DNA of 64,000 nt from Paragordius varius (lineage: Eukaryota > Animalia > Nematomorpha). The stretch lies in assembly GCA_964247055.1 (NCBI GenBank), contig OZ176050.1, forward strand, positions 4,588,001 through 4,652,000, in the 5' to 3' direction. Of this stretch, positions 38,836 through 50,675 are shown in pieces. The notes below the pieces were generated by a model. It was not told where the DNA came from, did not search any database, and saw nothing but the letters and a program-made list of their open reading frames with translations. Position numbers and translations under genes: made by a program. The number at the start of each line of letters is the position of its first letter. Position 1 is the first letter of the stretch.

Positions 38836-41800
38836 ATGATATTGGGCAAACTGCTTATTACCACACTGGTCTACCATACGTTCCAGGTTTCAAAGGCTTG
38901 GAAAACGACTGTTACACCATATATACTCCCAAACGTTTTATCGATTCCTTTTTTTGAGACAAAACATGCTTCGACAAAATATGCATATCAAAAAAATCGG
39001 TTTGATGACAATTTAATTCGAAAGCCTAAAAAACGAAGTACCATTACCAATCGACCGATAAATTATGCACAAAATGGTAAAAGTATATCTTTGCCGCCTA
39101 TGCTTAATACTAACACCGTTTTGGAAACAAATTCAAAGAGCAATAAAAATAATGTTCAAAACAGTTATATGAGACCAACGAATAGTTATCCGACAAACTT
39201 TAAGCAAGACAACAATGGAAGAACCCCTATGTATAGAAGTATGAAGAGAATATACGTTAAGCAACCGAAATCCAAATATGCATATCCGCATCGGATAAAA
39301 AAACCTTTGTCAGTGTACTATCCCAGGAGAGATAGTATAAAATTGTCTCAAAATGTGTCGTTTAAACCAATCTATACAGCGGAAAAGCCTGATTCAAAAA
39401 ATTTGGAGTTTCAATCTTCCTATTCTCCTACCAGCAATAACAATGGTAACTCCCAAACGTCCAACGAGAATTCTAACAATAATAATCAAAAGAACAACGA
39501 AGAAGCATCTTTTACAGATTTTGATACATCGTATGCTAATCCGAGTAACTTTATGTCCAACAATTACCCAAACCAACGGCCGACTGGATTTGGGTCACTT
39601 TTAAGGGGTGATCAGACTCCTTCTGATAACACATATCCATCTAATGATCCACCGAATAGCAATAGTAACAATATTTTTTACAAGCCAACTGATACAACTT
39701 TCAGGCAAAACAGTAATTTAATGAAACAATACAGTAATTATAATCCATGGTTAAGTAATAAAAATATGATCACACCTTCGAAAAGATACTATTCACCAGC
39801 TGTCAGGAATCTATGGATGAATAAGCAATATCAAGCCTCACAACTTATGAATAATAACCATAAAGGGCTTAATAATAATAATAACGCATGGGTCGTAAAC
39901 AGTGGCCAAAAAGCTTTGCAACCAACCACAAATTTTGAGCGTCCGGCCATTTATCCGGTCATGAATGCTCAGGTTGCGGCTTTGAATGGCCCAATCATGC
40001 CATCCAACACAGTTTCAAGACCAATGGTAGATCCATGGGCGGAATTCTATGCGGGTCAGTCCTACAATGAGAATGACAAAATGCAGCCACAGGCTCCTCC
40101 TCGATCTTTATGGCCATTTGTGACTCCAGCTCCTCCTGGGGTCGGACCATCTAGCGGTGTTAGCAATATCATACCACCCGTTAACCCGAGTGAGCCTTTT
40201 ATAGGTATAGATAAGTATGGCGGACAATTGCAACAACTGGAAAGAGGTCCTCCTGAACCACTTCCTCAACTTACGATGTTCGAAGCAGCCGATACCCCGA
40301 TGGGTGGGAAGAAGGGTGTTGGTAATATGGATACAAGTAGCTTGTGGAGCTCCCCCAAATTCAAAGGTAATTGTTGTTGGTATTGTTTTAAATAACACTA
40401 CTAAAGTTTATTGCATTTTACGTCAATATAGATACTTATAGCTATAAGAAATTAAACCCATAATCCGAATTTCCTACCTCTCTTAATATTTAATTATGTC
40501 TTTAGGCATCTTGGAACGCGTCATAGCGTCAACTGGCGGAGGTGGTGCACAACCATACATTGGAGGCGGAAAGGGTATGGGATCGTCCGGACCCCTGCCT
40601 CAGGTATTTGATTTAGGGACAGGAAAATCCGCAAACAACTTTCTAAATTTTCTGCCCGGATTAACAGGTTTACTCGGAAATAAAGGTTTGAGAATGGGAG
40701 GATCTTCACCCTTTTCCTCTCAACCAGGTAAAGGAGGAGGAGGAGTACAATACAAAAATTTGGAATTTAATCTGCCCTCACCAAAATATTCATCTGCCCC
40801 TGGAAAATCTGGGATGAATTTTTTTCCAAGTAGTATGGATATGTCGGGTGGTTTTCCGAATCAACCTTCAATCTTTATGTTTCCGCCTCCCATGCAAAAT
40901 ACGCCTGGTAATATTGGTCCCGGGAAAAAAGATGGGCAAAATATTTTTGACCAAATTCGACAAGGTACCTATGGTTCAATGCCTGAAACCCGATTTTTCA
41001 ATAAACAATACAACGTACCGGCTTACAAATCTTTACCACATCCAATAGGTAAATTTATAAACTATATCGCATTGAATTTGATTTTTAATATAGTTGAGAA
41101 AATGATAGTTTATAATTGGGTATATTTAATAATTTATTAGTTATAGCCGATATAAAACTAATAATTAACTTTTATAAAGCGAAAAACGGAACAAATATTT
41201 ACTTTGGCCCGTATATCAATTTAATTTCATTCTTTTAAAAAAATAATGATGAATGCAATAATAATAATTTATTGAATCATATAGTACCACAAATCAAACC
41301 CGTGGTTACGTTTTATTGCCCAGCTAATTTTACCATGTTGGGCGAACGATGTTATCGGTTTTATGTCATTAATCAACTCAATTGGCTGGATGCTAAAAAA
41401 GAATGTCGCGATCAAAGATCTGAATTGATCAAGATAGATGACCAATATGAGCAATTTTTCATTGGAAACTCATTAAAATTACTCAAAGTCCCAGGTTCCT
41501 AAAAAATTAATTTTAATTTATTGCATAAAATTTACGGTATAGGATTAATAACACGATTTACCTTGAGACAAATTTTTAATTTCATTTTGTTATGGATAGT
41601 TTCTGAAGGTATGGTAACTGGTGTCTGGACTGGTGCCAACGATCGCGGAAAAGAGGGAACATTTGTGTGGAATAGCGATAATACCCCTCTGAGTTACACG
41701 AATTGGGCCCTTAATCAACCCAACAATGAGGGCGAACAGGATTGTGTTGCCATGATATCTCAAAGTGATTTCCGCTGGAATGATTTGAGGTGTGACCAGC

Positions 41801-41865
41801 CGAATCGTTTCATTTGTGAAAAACCCATTATGATTGATACAACATTGTTATTTAAAAAGAAATAG
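38836..41865 (+). CDS. Secreted low-complexity (N/P/G/S/M-rich) protein with a C-terminal C-type lectin domain, 4 exons, 849 aa
   Basis: Exons 38836-40366, 40506-41048, 41285-41494 and 41600-41865 (last acceptor could be 41608); all phase 1, total 2550 nt. Signal-peptide-like MILGKLLITTLVYHTFQVSKA. CTLD motifs CPANF..LGERCYRF, NWLDAKKEC, VWTGAND, EGTFVW, YTNWALNQPNN, DCV, WNDLRC and FICE. Confidence 0.92.
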
Positions 41866-44799
41866 ATGAAACAACCAATATTTGTAATTGTTTTAAAATG
41901 TGTATAATTTAAAGGAACCACAAAAATACTATTTAATATATAAAAATTTATAATTTATATATATATATATATATATATAAATACATTATTAATCAAAATC
42001 CAAGTTCCTATTTATCTAAATAAATTTATTTGCAAGTACCAGTTATTAACTTTTGGGTTTTTTACCGTAGGACGTTTTTAATAAATAATATTTTATATGT
42101 CTAATTAAAATTATGCATTCCTTTGCTTTTTAGGCACAAAATATTTTAATAAATTAAAATTAAAAAATCATCATCCCAAACTCTTAGCCGTCAAAAATTT
42201 TCTTTGATTTTTAAAAAATGCTAAAAAGGTAAATGGTAAATAAATAAAATTGATAAAATTTTAAAAAAATTATTATATGTTGACAATAAATTTTTGGTAA
42301 TTTTTATTAAAACTTTAAGCGAACTTGAGCGCCTTACGCTAAATCAGGGTGCACAACAATATGGAGCTCTACATTTCCAATCAAATAAATACAGTGTCCG
42401 CATTCAAACAAATATATGACCATTAAAAATATTTTATTAGAGTTTAAGCATAAGGCATAAGCTGTAAAAAGTTACGGACACAATATAAAAACTATATATT
42501 CATCAATTTTTGCTAATTCGATGGCAAAAGTTGGAAATGCTTATTAAATATGTGTTTCGGAATTCCTAAGATTCATTTTAAAATATCAATTTTACGCTAT
42601 GGATTTTCTATATATTTGGTATTTTACCAGATTTTTAGTAGGCCGCACAAAATATCTCGGAGAGCGGCCTATTTAGATACCTCCCTTATAAAATAACAAA
42701 AATAAAAGTTTCTTTGTTTTTGAAATTATAGACTGTTGGATTAAAATAACCCAAATATTTAATGTTTATATAAAACTAAAGGTAGGAAGAGTTAAAGTTT
42801 GCAATTATTCAATCCACATGCAAGATTGGGAAAAATGCCATTTTCTTACATAATAAATAACCTAAAAAATCACAAAGAGACGTCTTTGCAAATATACCCC
42901 GTTATTTCTAATGTATATTTTATGTAAATATAATATCATTAATTTTATTTCTGTAAAAGCATGCGTTTTTAAAATTATTTTGAATGTGATAATCTTGAAT
43001 ATCACAGTGTACGAAATAAATATAATAATTATGCTGAAATATATATTCTAATTTGTATCAGAATTCTCACGAAGCTTTTGGTTTGGGCCTAACGAGTGAA
43101 TTAAGTACGTTTTATCCCCTTTTGTGGGCATCGCTCTATATGGAAAAATCACAAAATTAAATATAATCTTTTGGTGAAAGCTAATCATTCCAAAGATTAT
43201 TAACACTCCATATCCTTTTGGGGTAGTATTATAACCCAGAGCCTTTGAAATTTAAATATCTTATATGGTATTTGAGATATTAAGCCGAATTTAAAACTAT
43301 GCTTTCTTTAGCCTAGGCGCATTATACAAAATTTTTTTAAAAAATGTAAAATTGTTAATAATTCCTCATTTCATACTTTTTTGCCGCTATTTTTTTCTAT
43401 AATTTTTTTTGAATCGCTAATGCAACAACAGGCAAATAAATATATATAAATAATTAACTTTAAATCAGGCTAATTACGAAAAACTTGATATATTTTGATT
43501 TTAATATTAGCTGTTCGTTTCATTCGTGTTTTGGAGCTCTATCCCAAATGTAAAATCCAGTCACAAAACTATAACAAATTTAACGTTTTAATTTAATACA
43601 TGAGAACAATGTTTGATGATCAAATTTTAATTAAAATAACTTTAATTCTAATTTATTTACAAAATTAAGCTGTGGCATGTAAAACTACCGCAATATGTAA
43701 AGGACGAAAAAGTGAAAAGGTAAGGAATATAGAATATATCGTTAAATATATTTAAAAACCTAATATTTATATTAGATTCAATATTAGGTGTGGTTGAAAA
43801 CTCAAATTTTGGCCCCTACGAATATGTATTTTCTCAATATACGACAAAAATATCGGGATTGCACAATAACTGTGTGATATTGACATCTAACTAATTTAAT
43901 TTTAAAAAATGCATAGCAAATATTTTTCAGCAATATTTTGATGAGGCATAATTTATGGCTTGAAACATGGTGGAATTGATACGTAAATATAAAAATATTT
44001 TTACATAAATCACGGAGCACAAAAAAGAAATATTGGTTAATTATATATTTTTGTATCCGGATTTTCAACATTATTGGTTTTGAGACTTACGAATCATTTT
44101 AGAAAGTATTTATATTTTTGTGATAATTGCTCTATATCAAAATATATCAACACAAAACATCATAAACCATATCCGAGAATCACAAATTATTATAAACTTT
44201 TAATTTTAGATATGGACTCCGAAAGTTTCGAATTTTTAGCCCACCCTAACATTGGCTGGTTTAGATAATACAAATAATCTTCAAATTTTGAGATAATAAT
44301 ATGGATATGAAAATGCATAGTTTGTTTTAAATTAAATTTTTAGCAAAATTTTGATGAACCGTATTTATGATATAAAGTATGTGAAAGCGGTATAAAAATA
44401 ATATGAATAAGCCAAAATAAATAAATTTAGTTTTGATAAAAAAAGTTCCATATCAAACTACTTTGGCGCCATATTTATTTTACAATGTTTTTTTGCAAAA
44501 CATCATGTTTATTTGATTTTAAGAGTGGAATTTAGTTTACTTTTTTATAAAAAATACATTTAACGTTGATATTAGGAGTATGGTATATTTGCATTAATTT
44601 ATATTTAGTTTATGCACACATGTCATGCTGGCTAAATTTTTACTTTCGAGTTATACCTCCGATTAAGTAATAACAAGTATTTTTGAATGATTTTTTTAAT
44701 ATTTCGGTTCTTTAATGTATGTAAGCGCACACCTTTGTCTCGGTTTTAATTTATTCCATATTTTTTGAAATATTTAATAAACAACCCTAGCGCATTTAA

Positions 44800-45947
44800 C
44801 ACTTGGATACAACACATTCATTTTTGTCCTTCGATTCAAATTAGGGTAGTTAAACCAGGCCTGTTTAAAATTGAATTCTTTAAAATATATGGAAGGAATC
44901 AACCATGGCAAAATTGTGCACTTATATAACATTAATAAACCGAAATATATAAAAAAATTTATTCAAAAATACTTGATATTATTTATTTTAACACTTGGAT
45001 ACAACACATTCATTTTAGTCCTTCGATTTAAATTGGGGTAGTTAAATACCCCAAGCCTGTTTAAAATTAAATTCCTTAAAAAATATGGAAGGAATCGAAG
45101 CCATGGCAAAATTTTGCACTTATATAAAATAAATAAACCGAAATATATAAAAAATTTTACTCAAAAATACTTGATATTACTTATTTTAAGCTAAAACCGA
45201 AAGGTAAAAATTTATTCAACGTGACATCTGTGTAATGTTAAAATTGAAAAACATAACAAAATAAACCGCTTTTTCCATTTCTATTAATGTTAGATGTAAT
45301 TTAAGCTTTAATTATACCCTTAAAATCAAATGAAGACGATATTTTTCAAAAATTTTGTAAAATAAAAATGGCGTCGAAGTAGTTTGACATGGAACTTTTT
45401 TTCAAAAAAAAAATTTACTGAGAAATTTTGGCATATTTAAATAATTTTTATTAGGATAAAAGCATAAATTTAAATTGGGGCTATTTTCTTGAGTAGTTTT
45501 TTAAAAATTTTAACACAAACTTAGTCTGGGGTATCTAGATACCCCAAATTAAATCGAAGTGTTAAGCTAAAACCGAGAGTTAGAAATTTAGTCAACGTGA
45601 CATGTGTGCAATGGTGAAATTGAAAAATAATACAGAATGAACCGCTTTTTCTATTTCTATCAATGTTTGATGTAATGTAAAAAAAAATTAGCTTTAATTT
45701 TACCCTTAAAATAAAATGATACGATATTTTGCAAAAATTTTGTAATATAAAAATGGCGTCGAAGTAGTTTGATATGGAAATTTTTTTTCAAAACAAAATT
45801 TTATATAGATATTTTGGCATATTTATATAATTTTTATTAGGATAGAAGCATAAATTTAAATTAAGACCGTTTCCTTCAGTAGTTTTTTTGAAATTTTAAA
45901 TCTAATTTAGTCTGGGGTATTTATATACCCCAATTTGAATCGAAGTG
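44800..45947 (+). mobile_element. Middle piggyBac-type MITE copy, split by a further copy
   Basis: TTAA|CACTTGGATAC at 44800 and ATCGAAGTG|TTAA at 45947; interrupted at its internal TTTTAAGCTAAAACCG site. Confidence 0.85.
44992..45561 (+). mobile_element. Innermost piggyBac-type MITE copy (570 bp)
   Basis: TTAA (44988-44991)|CACTTGGATACAAC ... AATCGAAGTG|TTAA (45562-45565). Contains the perfect 20-bp palindrome TGGGGTATCTAGATACCCCA near the right end. Confidence 0.88.
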
Positions 45948-48639
45948 TTAACAACACTAATTTGAATCGAAGGACTGAAATGAATGGTATCTAAGTGTTA
46001 ATCGTGTTGGTATATGTCCCAATTTTTAACTTTAGAAGTCACAAAACTGTAAAAAAATATTAGCCTTTTATGTTACATCACAAAATTGGGCTCTGGAATA
46101 TAAAACTGCCCCAAAAGGTAAAATAGGACAAAAAACTAAAAGGTAATGAAATTCTATAAAAATTTATAGCTAATCGGCATTTTTGGGTTTCTCACTTGAG
46201 CCCATATCTAAATAAAATCAAGCATAAGATGTACACAAAATTTTTCAGGTTAAATACGAGAATAGCTAAATATTTACCTCGATTAATTGTTTTTTAATAT
46301 ATATGGGTGCCTGTGATTTCGTATTTGTAGGCGCTGACTTTTTTTTATATTTTTAAAAACATTATCATACATATTTGTTGTTGAATCATCAAATTATTAT
46401 CATCCGATTGGAGTTACAAATATTTGTACATTTATTAGCAATAAACTTAAAACCATTGGTTCAAAATATAACCAAATATTCAAACTCATTGAAAATTTGG
46501 ATGAGTGTAGTAGTAGATTGGATAAAATCTAATCAAACGACAAACAACTTTTTTCACTATAATTAATAGTAAAACATCTGATATTGATATGAGTAAAACA
46601 AATGCAAAATTTAAATTAGTGGAACGTATCGGAAAAGGCATCAATGATTTAAAATATCTTTTAAACCTTACTTTTCATGAATCTGAATATGCTAAAGTAA
46701 ACTAATTTAAAAATTAGGTATTAAAATTAATGGTTATCAAATTTCTTTCAATGGATGATATTGTAACATCTACATTTAAAGTTTGAGTGTGGTAATAGAT
46801 AGGAAATTGAAAACATTAATTTACTGACCACCAATTTATATATAAAGTAGTGAATTTTGTAAAATTAGGTTGGATGCTGTTCATCGAAAGTTAGAAAAAA
46901 CACAAATTTAGTTTAGCTACTTTAGAAAATTTAAATCATCAATTATTGGAAAAACGTCAGGAATTTAAGATTTAACCATAAACAAATGCCTATTGCTTTG
47001 AAGCGAAGGAGTGAAATAAATTGTTTTTTTAACATTAATCAATTTCACCTATTTTATGATTTAAGAATACCTTTTTTACTTACATATAAGAAATTAACAA
47101 ATTATCTTTCGTTTAAAATTCGAATTTAATTCAAATCGAAGTTATCGAGCAAATTTAATAGGCCTTTTTTTAGATTTTTTCATGCATGATTCCATTTTTA
47201 TTTAAATTGTAATAAAATTTACAAAACTTTCGCCGCCAATTTTATATTTCAATTTTTTTAAATCGTTATACAAGACAATATATGTGTATTTTGGTTAAAA
47301 TTAATAATTGACTAAAGAAAGCTTTTGAAGTCCATTTTACCAGCAAATTTTGAAATTATTGATTTTTATTTAGCTGATACGTTTGATCGTGCGTGAGAGT
47401 AACCCAATTCGAAACGCTATATTTAAAAACTAAAAAATATAAGCTTTTTTAAAACAATTTAATAGGTACCCAAAATCTAATTTACAAAAAGAAATATTTA
47501 TGATAATAATCATTATTTTTAAAGCATCCTTTTATCCCAGAACTATATATTTACATATTAAAAATATTTGATATTGGCCTAAATATAAGCATTTGGCTTT
47601 TCGCATTTCGAATTTTCTAATAAAGGTTTTTAAAATACCCTAATATACAAAGATTTATCACGATTAGCACTATGAGGTTTGTTTTCTAATACCAAAATTG
47701 AATTTCTTTTCTCTTTAAACGAGAAATTAAAATTAATTTTGTATGATTCTTGGTCATATATCAAGAACACTATTAATGATTATTTAAGGCTTTTTGCAAT
47801 TATAATAGTTAATAAATCTTCCTATTATAGATAAAATTTTATAATTTAAAAGAAAATTTAATTTTACTAGGTATGTTCGCATCTATAAACTATAGAGAAA
47901 AAATATTTTTAATTTTAAGTCTTTTTACCGGTTTTTATGTGTTTAAAAATATAAATTTTGTTCACAGAATTTTGTTATAAATAAATTTTTAGGCACGATA
48001 ATCATTTTTTTGGAAAAACTTAATCAATGTCGAAAATTGGCATATATTTAAAATGCTTATCCCATTTGGAATTGTATATTTGTCCATTTAGACGAGTCCA
48101 ATCGGAGTCCGTATTTAAAATATATGCTTTTTATATATAGTGTGTGAATGGAATATTGGCTTTCACACAACTTTCCTATAGCTCTCGTAGGGCCCAGACC
48201 ATTAAATCTTTATGCATTTTTCCATCATGTTTTGTCTTGTAGGTGTGCATTGTGTATATTTAAAATATTACATCTATAGGTAGCTAAATTCTATTATCTT
48301 AATTGTGGAAAAAATTTAGCCAAATTAAATTCATTTAGCCCTTTAGACCAGGGGTGTCCAACAGGGCCGCGAGCCACTAGTGGCTCATTGAAAATTTTGA
48401 GTGGCTCTTTGAAAATTAAAAAAAAATTAAAAAAAATAATTTCTATTTTTTTAAAAAATTTTTATATGTAAATTATGCATTTTTATTTTGACATTTAAAT
48501 TATTTTTAGAAACTTTTAATAAAATTCTTTATTATGAATATCTATCATCTCATTCATTTAATCATTAATAAAACACATTTTTTCCTGCATGTTATTACCA
48601 ACTTCAAGATGATAACTTTCACATTAAATTAAATTAAAT

Positions 48640-48934
48640 TACTTGCAAAAAATAGGTATTTAAAATAATTTATTTAGCTTTCATACCAATATTATAATTT
48701 GTGTCCATTCAACATTCAAATACTTGCAAAAAATAAGTATTTAAAATAATTTTTTTAGCTTTCATACCAATACTTAAATTTGGGTCCATTGAAACATTAA
48801 AATACTTTCAAAAAATAGGTAATTAAAATAATTTATGCTTTCATACTAATACTGAGAATTATAATTAAGGTCCATTGAAAAATTAAATTACTTGCAAAAA
48901 ATAGGTATTTAAAATAATTTATTTAGCTTTCAAT
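48640..48934 (+). repeat. Tandem ~81-86-bp repeat (3.5 units) in the hAT 5' region
   Basis: Units start with TACTT(G/T)CAAAAAATA at 48640, 48721, 48803 and 48889; the array ends directly at the transposase ATG. Confidence 0.9.
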
Positions 48935-50675
48935 ATGCATAAATCTAAAAAAGTAACTAGAAAATACAATCCCGACTGGGAATTAAAATATGGGTTTACT
49001 CAAATTTTCAACAAAGCGGAGTGCCTTATTTGCAAATTTACGACAAACGGGTTTCGCGATTATAATTTAAAAAGATATGCCAATACCATGCATTTGGATT
49101 TTATTAATATGACTACAGAATGAAAATAATAAAATTATCTTTAAAAAATATTAATAATCTCCAACCAACAATTTCATTCACGCAACCTTATCCGATAGTA
49201 AAGGCAAGTTATATTGTTGCCAATTTACTCGCCAAAAAATGAAGCCTTATTCTGATGGTGAGTTTGTAAAGGAATGCGTACTGGAAATTATAAAATGTGT
49301 TTTGCCTATGCCTAATAAAGTTGAATTAATATCCAGTATAAGTCTTTCGCGCAATACTATGTGTCGACGAATTATAGACATCGCAGAAGAAATTCAATTT
49401 TCCCTAAAAGAAAGAATTCAAAATTTTGTGGCGTTTTCCTTGTTATTTGATGAAAGCACAGATATAAGCAACATATCACAATTGGTAGTCTTTATTCGAG
49501 GGATAGATGAATTTTTTAATATAACAGAAGATATGTTAGGCTTACTTCCGATGTAAAATACAACTAAGGGAGAGGATATGCTTCATGAAATTTTGAAATG
49601 TATTGAGGACAATAAATTAAATATGAGGGCGCTATCTTGTTTGACAACAGATGGTGCCCCAGCTATGATGGGAAAAACAAGGGAACCGTGAAACTATTGT
49701 TAAATAGGATGGAATCCGATGGTATTAATATTGACCATATACATATAATGCATTGCATGATTCATTGTGAAAATCTCTGCGCACATGCTCTAATGGACAA
49801 TGTTATAACCGTTGTTATTTAAGTAGTTAATTTTATAAAATCTCATGATTTGAAGCATAGGCAGTTTAAGGAGTTATTAAAAGAAATTCATTCAGAATAT
49901 GGAGATCTTATATTTTTTTCCAAATGTAAGGTGGCTTAGTTTAGGGAAATGTCTAAAAAGGTTTTATTATATATTATTAGAAATAAATATTTTTTTAATG
50001 CAAAATAATTATTTGGTAGAGGAATTAACCAATTAAAATTGGTTGTGGGATTTATGCTTTTCCGTAGATATTACCACTAAATCAATTAAATGACTCCTTG
50101 CAAAAGCAACATAATTTAGTTGTTGATGTGAATAACCATATTAAAGCGTTATGTAAAATTGACGTTAATTAAACGCCATTTAAAATAATGCTGAACATTT
50201 TTTCAGAATTGAATAGATTTAAAGCTGGTAAAACTAATCATTTTTCTCAATTAACATATTATCAAAAGCTTGATACGGGGATATGACATAATATGAAAAA
50301 ATATTTGATTTATTTTGTTGTCCATTTTGAAGCTATCAACGCTTTTATTAATTTACAAATGGAATTACTAGATTTGGAATCCAATAATGAATTAAAATTA
50401 TTATTTGGGAAACAAATTAAACCGAATTTCATTAAAAATATATAACGTTTTGTAAATTTCCTAATTTAAGAATTTTTGCACAAAGATTAATTTGTGCTTT
50501 TGGGTCCATTTATCTTTGTGAATGTTTTTTATCTAAAATGAAATACACAAAATCTCTTTCACGTTCTTTATTAACTGATGAAAAATTGGAGAAGGAATTG
50601 AGATGTGCTGTAACAAATATTCAAATAGATCTGAATAAATTAAGCAAAAAAATTACAAAACAAATATCCCATTAA
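48935..50675 (+). pseudogene. hAT transposase pseudogene (GTF2IRD2/EPM2AIP1-like family)
   Basis: BED-finger-like RKYNPDW..KAECLIC..YNLKR; KPYSDGEFVKEC; ISLSRNT; FSLLFDESTD; CLTTDGAPAMMGK; HCMIHCENLCA; C-terminal SLLTDEKLEKELRCA..QISH*. Multiple stops and frameshifts. Confidence 0.9.

Larger units (their letters stand above)
44400..45997 (-). mobile_element. Oldest piggyBac-type MITE copy (reverse, one end truncated), host of two nested copies
   Basis: 44400-44795 and 45952-45997 rejoin across a duplicated TTAA (44796-44799 and 45948-45951) into the reverse-strand consensus; it ends AAGTG|TTAA at 45997-46001. Confidence 0.7.

Noticed and set aside
39353-40441. Several short ORFs on both strands within the lectin gene
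   Set aside because: Shadows of the long exon 1 reading frame.
42330-42700. Possible further hAT MITE (CAGGGTGCACAAC ... GGCCGCAC..GAGCGGCC)
   Set aside because: No matching right TIR or TSD could be defined.
48640-48934. Regularly spaced repeats resembling a CRISPR array (also 14568-14660)
   Set aside because: Whole units repeat with no unique spacers, the context is eukaryotic and there are no cas genes.
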